A stretch of DNA of 64,000 nt from Candidatus Wallbacteria bacterium. Lineage in GTDB: Bacteria > Muiribacteriota > UBA6191 > JACPRK01. Made by a program: the position numbers and the translations under genes. The notes below the pieces were generated by a model. That model was not told the DNA's origin, did no database searches, and was given only the letters and a program-made list of their open reading frames with translations. Position 1 is the first letter of the stretch, and the number at the start of each line of letters is the position of its first letter. Positions 18,501 through 26,744 of the stretch are shown in pieces. Location of the stretch: the NCBI GenBank assembly GCA_016213845.1, contig JACQZN010000049.1, forward strand, positions 15,574 to 79,573. Reading direction: 5' to 3'.

Positions 18501-20946
18501 CACCAACCCAGCGACGACTCTGGGCACCAAGAGCGTCTTCATCACCTACACCGCCCGCGACGCCAACAGCGGGCTCATCACACCCGACACCACCGCGTCC
18601 CTCACGGTCAGCTTCATCGTCCAGCGCCGTCCCACGCTCACTGCCCAGTCGCCGACCATCCCCGCCACGATCTCCCGAGGCGAGCTGAAGGTTCCGGTGT
18701 CCATCTCGTTCACCAATGGCGCCACCGACAGCGCAACTGCGCTCGTGACAGCCGTCAGCTTCAAGTTCCTTGCGGGCGGCTCCACCGACGAGAGCGCGCG
18801 CTACACGCCGACTTTCGTGACCGCGCTGCCGCTGGCCATAGGCGGCGGGGCCACGGGGACGGTCAAGGCCCTCTTCGACGTCGGGGCAAACGCTTCCCTG
18901 GGCGCCCTATCGGTCACGGCAGACATCTCGGCCCAGGATGCCAACGACTCCGCGCCGTTGACGGTCCCCTCCCCCGCCGGCACCGGCAGCTCCGTGGTCG
19001 CCGCCAAGCCCGTGCTGAAGCTTGCGGGTCCCACCAACGCGCTCCCGGCCATCTTCCCGGCCCAGAGCACGCTCTCCACGGGGCAGACGGTCCAGTTCCG
19101 CATGGAGGTGCGCAACTTCGGCGCCGCCAACGCCAACATCACCGGCGGCAGCCTCTCCTTCTTCTCGGGCTTCGTCAACAAGACCTCCGAGTACACCGTC
19201 GCCCTGGTCTCGGGCGCCGGCACACTCGGCGTCGGCAGCACCGGAAACACCAGCGCAGCTACGCTCGTCTTCAACGTCACACCGTCATCGGGGGCGGCCG
19301 GCTTCGGGACGATCTCGGTCGGGGGAACGGTCGTCGCCACGGCTTCCTCGGGCGGCGCCGATGTCACCACGTCGATCACCCCGCCCGTCACGGGGGGCAC
19401 CTTCGTCCTGCAGAAGGCCGTCAGCCTGACGGCCCCGGACATCTTCTTCGACCCCATCCTGCCGACCGGCGTCGACCGGGCCAGCACCACGACTCCGGGC
19501 GACATCGCCTTCAGCCTGGTTTCGGTCCGTGTGAGAGTCAATAACTCCAACGGACCCAGCGGGGCCTCGATGCTGATCTCGGCAGCGACCCTCGAGCTCA
19601 AGACCGGCGCCGTCAGCGTCGACAGCGAGTACAGCGTCACCGGGCCCGCAGGCTTCCCGCTCACGCTCGCCGGCAACGCGACGGCCTTCCTCACCTTCAC
19701 CGTCGCTGCGAAGCCTACGGCACAGAAGGCCGTCATCGTCAGCGTCGTCCCGAAGATCACGGCCGCCGACGCAAACATCGGCTCCGCCTCGCAGGTCTCC
19801 GGGACTGCCGGCTCGTGGATCGTCCGAGACAAGGCCAAGGCCCTCGTCGGCCAGCCCGACTTCCAGACGGCCACCTCGGTTCCGCCTGCCGCAGGTCGCA
19901 TCAATGGCGCGCTCGCAGCCATCTCCGATGGCGTCCGGCTCTTCGTGGCCGACACGCAGAACAGCCGGGTCCTCATCTTCCCGAGCCTCACCGCCACTAC
20001 TCCCGTGACCTGCTTGGGCCAGGCCAGCTTCACCGCCGGCGCTGTGAACGGGGGCGGAGCGGCCGGTAGTTCCACCCTGAATGCACCTAGCGGCCTGGCG
20101 ATCTCGGGCACGAAGCTGGTCGTCATCGACGGCGGCAACAACCGAGGCCTGGTCTTCAACAACTACACGACGCTGCCTCAGTTCAGCGCCCCCGCCGACG
20201 CGGTCTTCGGCCAGGCCGACTTCACCAGCAACATCGCCAACCGCACCGGCGCAGTGAGCGCCGACGGTCTCTCCAACCCCAGGTCGGCCGTCGTTATCGC
20301 CGGCAAGCTGCTCGTCAGCGACAGCGGCAACAGCCGCGTGCTCCTCTACGACCAGATTCCCACCAATTCCAGCAACACGCCTACCGTCGTCATCGGCCAG
20401 ACCGGCATGACCGGCGGCAGCGTCAACATGGGCGGAGCAAACCCGAGCGCGGCCTCACTTGCGTTCCCGGCGGGCCTGGGCACCGACGGGCAGCGGCTCT
20501 TCGTCGCCGACCAGGGCAACGATCGGGTCCTGGTCTTCTCGCCGGTGCCGTCCGCCAACGGCGCCTCCGCCGGAAGCGTCCTCGGTCACGTCGACTTCGT
20601 CTCCGGCACCGCTTCCAAGCCGACCACCGACGGCGGCCTCAGCCGCCCGACTGGCGTCACCGCGGCCCTGGACAAGATCTTCGTGGCCGATCAGGGCAAC
20701 AACCGAGTGGTCGTCTTCCTCAACCCCTCGCCCCCGACGCTGCCGGCCATCGGCGCCACGGCGCTCGATCTCTTCGGCCAGTCCCGCTTCACGGAAAGCG
20801 GCGCCAACAACTCCGTCAGCGGCACGCGTGACGCCTTCAGCCTCTCCAGCCCTGCCGACGTCGCCACCACCTCCATCACGGACGCCGCACGCCTCTTCGT
20901 GGTCGACTCCGCCAACCACCGCATCCTGGTCGTGCCGGTGCCCTGA
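12547..20946 (+). CDS. Giant (2799 aa) surface lipoprotein: ~18 Ig-like repeats and C-terminal NHL repeats
   Basis: Signal peptide ending TTGC followed by a Gly/Ser linker; ~18 repeats with VS.GQ.F...V.N.G...A and DANS motifs; C-terminal LFVAD..N.RVL repeats with GQ.DF. Confidence 0.9.
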   Translation: MNKLSGPIALLLAWLAFASTTGCGGGGGGSSSTAGGGSGPGTAGTTSGAAVKGPFLRGSPVKIFRVTGGQQGDLIGTGTVGDGGTFSIRLADGSYSGPLLFSVSGSYSSESGGTDTISETNPIFGFLPSYSAGTTEANISVTPLTHLALQLALGRGPLGSASMQSASDEIGTRFGLTNIGRTVPADPTAAGSQDSPALRYGLVLAGLTQQAQIKSVSTEALIASLGSDAADGSLDGQAASGALAGYSSSFFTSDLAAGVDSFVQSTNNRSNVTETPTELKQSLTRALVSIGNLALPSLAARGQIVTATVLLANTGGNPARIDAVTLTPSQSGVSVTASASNPGTLGAGQSAVFTFSISIDSNAPPGTPTFQLRVDATDTVTNQPAGAARSNAGSLAIQEPSSVSIGNLQTPGTVVRGGSFSVLMPVTNSGGAAATLESAALTFSVAGFGAQADSANPVRVEAGDSVALRFIVTVGSGVAPGNVTIDARVTSRDTASNGTGEAVLAGAGVVRVLSPAALAIGTILGSGPLVAGQTIVVSLPVTNSGESVATIQSVTLGFGTTDLTVTPLSGNPGSISPGITSLFRFRVTAGANTAGRSFTASATAQGTDSSSGASVSAPPRGDAGTLVIVRPATLSIGSLALPASVSVGQTFTATLSVTNTGESTADIGLVSVTFDNPGVNTVAGVSNPGSILPGATQTFRVSVLVSSNASPGPVVGSVAITAVDRLSGASASTSQANLATVNVLTRAALAPLSVAIAPLVSKGQTTVATLTVQNAGQARATITAASLTFSDRNITAAARADNPASVAGNATAQLRFDVTIGSAAASGIATIGASISGKDANSSAQTGGSVADAGSTLVQTPAALSVSTVSGPARLSQGQTFTATATIANLGEAAVRLSAASLTFSNPNVTASVASPSPLPTLGQGQSVLLRFSGTVGAAAAPGPITAVFEASGRDVNSSATVRASQTQALSATVDTPAAVSVVSLVPSTGTVSQGQQFTASLTLRNSGSATAVLTAISLDFGSTGLTAPAASTPVSLAGNGSLTTLVFQLSAASAAAGAASFSSRVKGFDQNSLTALTVAAGSAAVLVQTRAALRVSGLAFSRPAFTMTQAQSASITLTLTNDGQAGADVSSAQLLFDRAVLSAAGQSVNQRIAGGASRSFVFGVTASPTLTAVVKVDGDATALDANSRASVAVTRGNTLTITVQRPAGLTLDRIDVRRTVTLGQVTAATMVFRNSGEAALTLTAADVVRNLPLVNLSSFSGSVAIAGGRTAPAVVNMTAVALGAVTLTSATAQATEDNTGKRLTIVNGMTLPPTITVQEPPGIRVDLPQVPAFVSIGQTFSVTAMIANTGEAPLVLTAATAAFRPPPTLPATVVTNLASLTIPGFTTAPVVFSVTVPVTETAGVRDLDLDATGQDANTGLALPTATRSPAAQVTLQTTPQLSILPLVKQGTASRGQTFTVTIPVRNLGQATARVTAATLVWSKTKVTSALAAGQTLDVPGGTTGTVAMTVTVASDAPLGPVTSVATVDAIDVNSRLALPRLSFASSVPTTIEAPAALSIVSYKGPSRVSQGQSFTATVGVKNLGGALARIRDATLVWSRPGITATLTSPATPTFVTGGSSVTTTVLQFTCFVDAAAQTGLTTGDVTVSANDANGELLDITAFAPRIASTTVQTKATPLLVSLGTPPTISQGQTARVSLTVTNTGEARVLLDPPTLSVLGNTIVFSARASNPTSIAGLASAALSFDLTVSASATPGTTDISVQLSAHDENNPGPTIVASNPSIRQIVIQRPPQLTLGDLISVPAHVSRGQLVKLSLPVTNPPDAATARFNGPSLAGSAAGVSTVTTPPSPSVITSGQTTNLVFLTSISSTATTGTIFLQGIVPFIDANTGLPAGTVTRNPVGQLDVQLGAKLSLGQSGARTSVTQGQSFSATIAALNQSGGAGAAATGTAAVLVKSDSTFSATLTQPPGTINGGDTANSTLNIATTNPATTLGTKSVFITYTARDANSGLITPDTTASLTVSFIVQRRPTLTAQSPTIPATISRGELKVPVSISFTNGATDSATALVTAVSFKFLAGGSTDESARYTPTFVTALPLAIGGGATGTVKALFDVGANASLGALSVTADISAQDANDSAPLTVPSPAGTGSSVVAAKPVLKLAGPTNALPAIFPAQSTLSTGQTVQFRMEVRNFGAANANITGGSLSFFSGFVNKTSEYTVALVSGAGTLGVGSTGNTSAATLVFNVTPSSGAAGFGTISVGGTVVATASSGGADVTTSITPPVTGGTFVLQKAVSLTAPDIFFDPILPTGVDRASTTTPGDIAFSLVSVRVRVNNSNGPSGASMLISAATLELKTGAVSVDSEYSVTGPAGFPLTLAGNATAFLTFTVAAKPTAQKAVIVSVVPKITAADANIGSASQVSGTAGSWIVRDKAKALVGQPDFQTATSVPPAAGRINGALAAISDGVRLFVADTQNSRVLIFPSLTATTPVTCLGQASFTAGAVNGGGAAGSSTLNAPSGLAISGTKLVVIDGGNNRGLVFNNYTTLPQFSAPADAVFGQADFTSNIANRTGAVSADGLSNPRSAVVIAGKLLVSDSGNSRVLLYDQIPTNSSNTPTVVIGQTGMTGGSVNMGGANPSAASLAFPAGLGTDGQRLFVADQGNDRVLVFSPVPSANGASAGSVLGHVDFVSGTASKPTTDGGLSRPTGVTAALDKIFVADQGNNRVVVFLNPSPPTLPAIGATALDLFGQSRFTESGANNSVSGTRDAFSLSSPADVATTSITDAARLFVVDSANHRILVVPVP

Positions 20947-21016
20947 GGTCCCAGCCGCTGCCGCGGCCACTCACCGGCTTGTCATGGGCGCAATCGGGGG
21001 CTATCCTGTGGACGCC

Positions 21017-22294
21017 ATGAACGCTGCGAAGCTCGTCCTCACCGCTCTGCTGTCTTTCGCCCTCTGCCAACCGGCGGTCCACGCCGGTGGATTTCCGTCG
21101 CTCTCCGGCCAGGCCTATCTGGAGCAGGCCGCCGCGGCCATCGAGGAGGCCCTCGACCGGGGCGATCCCGGGCTGGTCGAGGAGTTCGCGGCCTTGAGCG
21201 AATCCGGCGCCTACGCAACGGAGCCACTCGTCGGCAAGGCGTTGAAGCGGCGCGTGGTCCGGCTGGCGACCGCCCGGCTGGCGTCGACCGCCGACACGGC
21301 GTCCGCCGTGAAGCGCCGGCTCGCGGCGGCGCTGACGAGGCTCGAGAAGCCACCTCAGGCCCCGGCACCGGCGGGCAGTCACGCGCCCATCCGGCTGCCC
21401 GCAGACGAGGCAGCCCACATGCGACTGGCGGAGTGGTGGTACATCAACGGCCACCTGCGCGACGACGAGGGCCGGGAGTACGGCTACGAGCTGACCTTTT
21501 TCCATGTGCGGCCGGGGATCTTCTTCGTTCACACCGCCATCACCGACATCGCGGGCGGCAAGTTCCACCGGCGCCGCGAGTACCTTTCGCCCCTGGCCTG
21601 CCGGACCCCGACGGACCGCCTGGACGTCGTCTACGGCAAGACCCACGCGCTGACACGCGGTGAATCGGGCCGGGGCTACGCGATCCGCGCCACCACGGAC
21701 GGCGGCGCGCTGGCACTCTCATTGCGACCGCTCAAGGCCCCCATGATGGTCAACGGCGACGGGATCATCGACATGCCAGAGGGCACCTTCAGCTGGTACT
21801 ACTCGATGACCCGGCTGGCCACGGCGGGCGAGCTCGAGCTGGACGGGAAGAAGTTCCGGGTTGCCGGCCTGAGCTGGATGGATCACCAGTGGGGGAATTT
21901 CGTCACGCTGAGGATCGGGTGGGACTGGTTCTCCGTGCAACTCGACGACGGCAGCGACTTCAACATCTTCAGCTTCCGCAAAGGCAACAGCGCCCCGATC
22001 GCCCAGTACGTCAACCGCCTGGACGGCGCGGCGGTGCTGACCACCAGCCACCAGGTCGGGCTGGAGCGGCTCGCCTGGTGGAAGAGCCCCGAGACCGGAA
22101 AGGACTACGTGACGCGCTGGCGTCTGGCGGTCCCGGGGCATGCCCCGATCGATATCGAGTCCCGGCTCGACGGGCAGGAGCTTCCTCGCGCTCCGTTCGA
22201 TCCCGCTCCGGGATACTGGGAAGGCAAGTGCCGCCCGAGCAGCGGCGGGGTGGGCGGGGTCGCCTACTGCGAGCAGTTCGCCTACCCGCGGTAG
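21017..22294 (+). CDS. AttH/CrtC-like (lipocalin-fold hydratase family) secreted protein
   Basis: Signal peptide; AHMRLAEWWY, WYYS, WMDHQWG, GWDWFSVQLDDG and YWEG motifs; start trimmed from the 20459 ORF. Confidence 0.85.
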   Translation: MNAAKLVLTALLSFALCQPAVHAGGFPSLSGQAYLEQAAAAIEEALDRGDPGLVEEFAALSESGAYATEPLVGKALKRRVVRLATARLASTADTASAVKRRLAAALTRLEKPPQAPAPAGSHAPIRLPADEAAHMRLAEWWYINGHLRDDEGREYGYELTFFHVRPGIFFVHTAITDIAGGKFHRRREYLSPLACRTPTDRLDVVYGKTHALTRGESGRGYAIRATTDGGALALSLRPLKAPMMVNGDGIIDMPEGTFSWYYSMTRLATAGELELDGKKFRVAGLSWMDHQWGNFVTLRIGWDWFSVQLDDGSDFNIFSFRKGNSAPIAQYVNRLDGAAVLTTSHQVGLERLAWWKSPETGKDYVTRWRLAVPGHAPIDIESRLDGQELPRAPFDPAPGYWEGKCRPSSGGVGGVAYCEQFAYPR

Positions 22295-22307
22295 CGGGCG
22301 TCCGGTG

Positions 22308-22868
22308 TTACTGCCGGGCGGCCAGCACGCGCTCGGCGATGGCGTTGGCGCGGCCGCGGTAGGCGCTGCGGGCGCCGAGGACGTGGGTGGCGTGCCGCGA
22401 GGCGCCGGCCACCAGATCGCGGGCCCGGACGGAATCAGCCTCGGCCAGACCCTCGATCCCCTCGGGAACGCCGGCGGTGCCGTCGGCGACCACATCGACG
22501 CCGGTCGCCTTCTTCAGCTCGGCCAGCGCTGCCATGAAGGACTCGTAGGCCGTGTCGGCGGTCGCCTTCAGCGTCGCCAGCTCGGCGGCATATCCGCCCG
22601 CGGACTTGTTGCCTGCGCGCACTTCCTCGGCCAGCGCGGCCATCAGCCGGGAGTGCAGCTCGTCGAAGGCGGGAGCCTGGCGATCCGAGGCGAGGGCATA
22701 GTCGATCTTCTCGAGGGTGAAGTCCTGCGGGGCGGCCGTCTGGGTGTGGGCCGGCTCGGAGCCGGGCGTGAAGATGATGTCACCGCTGCTCGGCGGCTCG
22801 GCGGCGAAAGTGACGCCCAGGGAGAGCGCCAGGGCCGTGAAAGTCGGGAGCAATCGGGTGCGTGTCAT
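22308..22868 (-). CDS. Secreted alpha-helical hypothetical protein
   Basis: Signal peptide MTRTRLLPTFTALALSLGVTFA; typical codon bias. Confidence 0.7.
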   Translation of the reverse strand: MTRTRLLPTFTALALSLGVTFAAEPPSSGDIIFTPGSEPAHTQTAAPQDFTLEKIDYALASDRQAPAFDELHSRLMAALAEEVRAGNKSAGGYAAELATLKATADTAYESFMAALAELKKATGVDVVADGTAGVPEGIEGLAEADSVRARDLVAGASRHATHVLGARSAYRGRANAIAERVLAARQ

Positions 22869-22935
22869 CGAAAGGGCCTCCTCGCAAGTTGATGCCACCA
22901 GCGACTACGTCCCGGCTGGGCCGAAGGTTGCGCCC

Positions 22936-23853
22936 TCAGCGGCCGCGGAAGAAGTCGACGGTTCGGGCCAGTCCCTCGCGCAGGGAGGTCTTCGGCTCCC
23001 AGCCGAGCAGCTTCGCGGCCTTTGCGGCAGAAAGCGAGCTGCGCCGTTGCTCACCCGGCTTGGCCGGGGCGTGGACCTCGTCGGCCTTGCTCCCGGTCAG
23101 CTCGCGCAGGATGCGGAAGAGGTCGTTGACGTCGGTCTCGATACCGGTTCCGATGTTGTAGGCGCCGCTGGGCACAGACTGCAGCGCGCGCACGTTGGCC
23201 GCCGCGACGTCCTCGACGAAGACGTAGTCGCGCGTCTGGCCCCCGTCGCCGTTGATGACGGGCTGGTCGCCGGCCAGCAACTTCTCAGCGAAAATGGCGA
23301 CGACGCCGGCCTCGCCGTGGGGGTCCTGGCGGGGGCCGTAGACGTTGGCGTAGCGCAGCGCCACGTAGGACAGACCCGTGAGGGTGTGGAAGTAGTGGAG
23401 GTACCTCTCGAAAGCCAGCTTCGCGACCCCATAGGGGCTCAGGGGGTAGCACGGGTGGTCCTCGGAAGCCGGAAAGGACTCCTGCTCGCCGTAAATGGCA
23501 CCTCCGGTGGACGAGAAGATGAACTTGCGGCAGCCTGCGTCCACGGAGGCCTTCAGGACTCGCAGGCCTCCCAGGATGTTGATGTCGGCATCGAGCATCG
23601 GGTCCTCGACCGACTTGCGTACCTCCATCTGGGCAGCCAGGTGATTGACCACGTCGGGCGCCCACTCGGAGACGGCACGCACGGCCTCGGGCGACCGGAT
23701 GTCGCAGGGGAAGAAACGCGTCTGCGCCTGAAGATTGGAGCGCTTGCCATGGGAGAGATCGTCGATGACGGCGACCTCATGGCCGGCGGCCAGGTAGGCA
23801 TCCTGGATGTGGGAGCCGATGAACCCGGCGCCCCCGGTGATGAGGATCTTCAT
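22936..23853 (-). CDS. NAD-dependent epimerase (UDP-glucose 4-epimerase family)
   Basis: MKILITGGAGFIGSH, YGVAK, RYANVYGPRQ and GEAGVVAIF motifs; ATG 23853 overlaps the upstream stop. Confidence 0.92.
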   Translation of the reverse strand: MKILITGGAGFIGSHIQDAYLAAGHEVAVIDDLSHGKRSNLQAQTRFFPCDIRSPEAVRAVSEWAPDVVNHLAAQMEVRKSVEDPMLDADINILGGLRVLKASVDAGCRKFIFSSTGGAIYGEQESFPASEDHPCYPLSPYGVAKLAFERYLHYFHTLTGLSYVALRYANVYGPRQDPHGEAGVVAIFAEKLLAGDQPVINGDGGQTRDYVFVEDVAAANVRALQSVPSGAYNIGTGIETDVNDLFRILRELTGSKADEVHAPAKPGEQRRSSLSAAKAAKLLGWEPKTSLREGLARTVDFFRGR

Positions 23854-24929
23854 GGGAGCTCCGAACTCCTTTCCGGGTTGGCTGCGGGGAGCTTGCCCGA
23901 GGACAGTGGCGCAGGTCGATTGTAGACGGCCGCGCTGCCGAGCTTTACGAACACCAGGAGGGTACCGACGGCCGCGACACCTCCCGCCAACCAGGCGAGC
24001 TGGCTCGAGGCCACGTGTACGGTCACGGCCAGCAGCCCGTAACCGATCGAAAGGAGGTAGAGGGCCAGGACCGCCCTCTTGCGCGACAGTCCCAGGGCGA
24101 CCAGCCGGTGGGAACAGTGGTCCGCGCCACCGACGTACACCGGCCGTCCATTCGCCGTGCGGTGGATGGTGACCAGCGTGGTGTCGAGGATAGGCAGCGC
24201 CAGCACGAGCATGAGGATCAAGAAGTTGACGTGGTCGGAATGCGGCAGGCGCAGCTTCATCGTCAGCACGGCCAGCATGTAGCCGAGAAACAGGCTCCCC
24301 GCGTCGCCCATGAAGATGGACGCCGGTCCGATGAAGTTGTACCGCAGGAAGCCGATGCAGGCGCCGGCCAGGGCGATGGCCATCGAAGCCACGAGGAACT
24401 GTCCTCCCGCCGCCGCCAGGCCGAAGAGAAAGGCGCTTGCGATGGCCACGAGGCCGCTCGACAGCCCGTCCATGTTGTCGAGGAGGTTCACGGCGTTGGA
24501 CAGGCCGACCACCCACAAGACCGAGAGGAGCAGGTCGGCCGCAGGCACGCCGATGACGCGCAGCTGGATGCCGGCCAGGATGGCCAGTAGTGCCGCCACG
24601 AACTGGCCGGCCAGCTTCACCTTCGGCTCCATGCCCGAGTGGTCGTCCCAGAGACCCAGGAAGAGCAGTACGGTGGCCCCGGCCAGGATGGAGCCCGTCT
24701 GCTGGAAGAGCTGCGGGTTGGAGCCGACGGCCAGCATCACGGCAGCGACGAATCCGGCGTAGATGGCGAGGCCGCCGAGATAGGGGGTGACGATCTTGTG
24801 GATCTTGCGACCGCCGGGCTTGTCGACGATGTCGAGATGCAACGCCAGCGACCGCGCGAGCGGCGTGGCGAAGATCGACAGCCCCAGGGACGCGGCGAAG
24901 ACGAGCGCGTAGACGAGACCCAGTGTCAG
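23850..24929 (-). CDS. MraY/WecA-family polyprenyl-phosphate HexNAc-1-phosphate transferase
   Basis: DKPGGRKIH..TPYLGG, GLWDD, NAVNLLDNMDGL, IFMGDAGS and DHCSHRL motifs; probable CTG start at 24929 after GGAGG (ORF track starts at 24842). Confidence 0.88.
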   Translation of the reverse strand: MTLGLVYALVFAASLGLSIFATPLARSLALHLDIVDKPGGRKIHKIVTPYLGGLAIYAGFVAAVMLAVGSNPQLFQQTGSILAGATVLLFLGLWDDHSGMEPKVKLAGQFVAALLAILAGIQLRVIGVPAADLLLSVLWVVGLSNAVNLLDNMDGLSSGLVAIASAFLFGLAAAGGQFLVASMAIALAGACIGFLRYNFIGPASIFMGDAGSLFLGYMLAVLTMKLRLPHSDHVNFLILMLVLALPILDTTLVTIHRTANGRPVYVGGADHCSHRLVALGLSRKRAVLALYLLSIGYGLLAVTVHVASSQLAWLAGGVAAVGTLLVFVKLGSAAVYNRPAPLSSGKLPAANPERSSELP

Positions 24930-24959
24930 GGCGCTGCCTCCGAACGACTCGAGCTCAAC

Positions 24960-25937
24960 CTATCGGTGCTGGACATAGTTTTCGCGGCACCACTCGATCG
25001 TCTTGCGGAGCCCGTCTTCCAGCTTCACCGCCGGCTGCCACTCGAGCAGCTCCCGGGCGCGCTCCATGGAGGGCAGACGCCGGGAGGTGTCCTCGAAGGC
25101 CTTGCCGAAGGCCTCATCGTAGGAGATGAAGCGAGGCTCGGACTTCGAGTCGGTCAGTCGGAGAATCAGCCTGGCCAGATCCAGGATGCGAGTCTCCTCC
25201 GTGGCGCCGACATTGAAGGCCGTGCCGAGCGCCGTCGCGCGCTCGCCGGCCAGCAGGGTGCCGTCGATGGTATCGCTGACGAACGTGAAGCAGCGGCTCT
25301 GCAGGCCGTCGCCGTGCACGGTGAGGGGCTGGCCGGTGAGAGCCTGGCGGATGAACTGTGCGACGACGCTTCCGTATCCCCCCTCGTCGATGCGGGGACC
25401 GTAGCTGTTGAAGTAGCGAACGATCGAGACCGGCAATCCCTTGTCGGAGTAGGCGAACGCAATGTGCTCGTCGATCCCCTTGGAGGTCGAGTACGACCAG
25501 CGGTGCACTCGGGTGGAGCCCAGGACGCGGTCGTCGTCTTCCCGGAAGGGGAACTTCGTCGTCTTGCCGTAGATCTCGGAAGTCGACGCCAGCAACACGC
25601 GCTTCCAGTACTTGAAGGCGTACTTGAAGACGATCTCGGTCCCCTGCACGTTCGTGAGAACGCCGGCCAGCGGGTTGACCACGACGTGCTTGACGCCGAC
25701 CGTGGCTGCCAGGTGATAGACGGTGTCGACCGTCTCGATCATCCGATCCATCAGCTCTTCGTTGAGGATGGAATCGTTGACGAAGTGGAAGGCTCGGTTG
25801 GCGAGGTGGCCGGCGATGTTGCGGATGTTGCCGGTGGTCAGGTTGTCGACGACCCAGACCTCGTCGCCGCGCCCGAGCAGTCGATCGACCAGGTGAGATC
25901 CGATGTATCCGGCACCGCCGGTGACGAGGATTTTCAT
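24960..25937 (-). CDS. NAD-dependent epimerase/dehydratase (UDP-glucuronate decarboxylase-like)
   Basis: GGAGYIGSH, ASTSEIYGK, RWSYSTSK, GDGLQSRCF. Confidence 0.92.
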   Translation of the reverse strand: MKILVTGGAGYIGSHLVDRLLGRGDEVWVVDNLTTGNIRNIAGHLANRAFHFVNDSILNEELMDRMIETVDTVYHLAATVGVKHVVVNPLAGVLTNVQGTEIVFKYAFKYWKRVLLASTSEIYGKTTKFPFREDDDRVLGSTRVHRWSYSTSKGIDEHIAFAYSDKGLPVSIVRYFNSYGPRIDEGGYGSVVAQFIRQALTGQPLTVHGDGLQSRCFTFVSDTIDGTLLAGERATALGTAFNVGATEETRILDLARLILRLTDSKSEPRFISYDEAFGKAFEDTSRRLPSMERARELLEWQPAVKLEDGLRKTIEWCRENYVQHR

Positions 25938-25979
25938 GGCTAGAAAGGCCCGACTGGAGAGGCCACCCGGGCGTCACAT

Positions 25980-26008
25980 ACGTTAATGGCGGTGCTGCGA
26001 GAAGTCAA
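25980..26008 (-). promoter_or_regulatory. Putative sigma70 promoter for the epimerase/WecA operon
   Basis: TTGACT-N17-TAACGT on the minus strand. Confidence 0.5.
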
Positions 26009-26018
26009 TTTCGCTCGG

Positions 26019-26074
26019 CGTCAGGGATCAGGCGTCAGGCGTCAGGGATCAGGCGTCAGGCGTCAGGGATCAGG
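26019..26074 (+). repeat. Heptamer tandem repeat (CG/GA)TCAGG x8 with a 21-bp higher-order period
   Basis: cgtcagg gatcagg cgtcagg cgtcagg gatcagg cgtcagg cgtcagg gatcagg. Confidence 0.92.
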
Positions 26075-26236
26075 GACAGGCTTCGGGGGGGGGCGCGTGG
26101 ACGAAGGGAAGCGTCGTTGTGCTGGGGTGTCGGGTTCCGGTACCGACCTGGCGCCAGGTGGGGAAGGGGCGGAAACCGGCCAACTGTGGTCTAATGAAGT
26201 CCGGGCGTGTAGAGCGTCCGGAGGAGGTCGAAGGTC

Positions 26237-26671
26237 ATGTCGCTCATTGGCTACCTGCTACAGCTGGCTGTAAACGCGGGTGCGTTTCTGCTCATAGCCA
26301 GATTGCTTCCTGGATTCACGGTGAAGCGCAAGGAAACGGCCTTCGTCATGGCCTTCGTCTACAGTCTGCTGGCGGGGATTGCCAACAAGCTCGCGGAAGT
26401 GTTCCTGCTGAGCGTGCTGGTGTCAGCGGTCGGCATGATGGTGACGATCCCTATCCTGGGCTGGATCGCCGGTGCGCTGTTGCTGGTGTCGCTGCCGCTA
26501 CTGACGCTGGTCGTCTCCTTCGCCTCGGCCATCCTGGTACTGGTTGTGACCGACGAGGTCATCGAGGACTTCGAGATGGACAGCATGGCAACCACGGTGA
26601 TCGCCGCGGCGATGCTGGGACTGGTCGGCGGGGTCGGCCGCTGGATGCTGAAGCTCCTGCTGGGGTTCTGA
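26237..26671 (+). CDS. 4-TM membrane protein, YvlD/holin superfamily IV-like
   Basis: LAVNAGAFLLIARLLPGF.V...TA and terminal D.VIEDFEMDS...A.I pattern; GGAGG RBS. Confidence 0.75.
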   Translation: MSLIGYLLQLAVNAGAFLLIARLLPGFTVKRKETAFVMAFVYSLLAGIANKLAEVFLLSVLVSAVGMMVTIPILGWIAGALLLVSLPLLTLVVSFASAILVLVVTDEVIEDFEMDSMATTVIAAAMLGLVGGVGRWMLKLLLGF

Positions 26672-26744
26672 GGTCCCGGGTTCATCCTGGCCGTCCGGAC
26701 GGCCGATACTCGACGTGGTGCTATGTGCGCCCGTGGAGGTTGTC

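Noticed and set aside
26237-26671. Prophage, suggested by the holin-like gene
   Set aside because: YvlD-type 4-TM proteins are common chromosomal genes; no integrase, endolysin or structural genes are nearby
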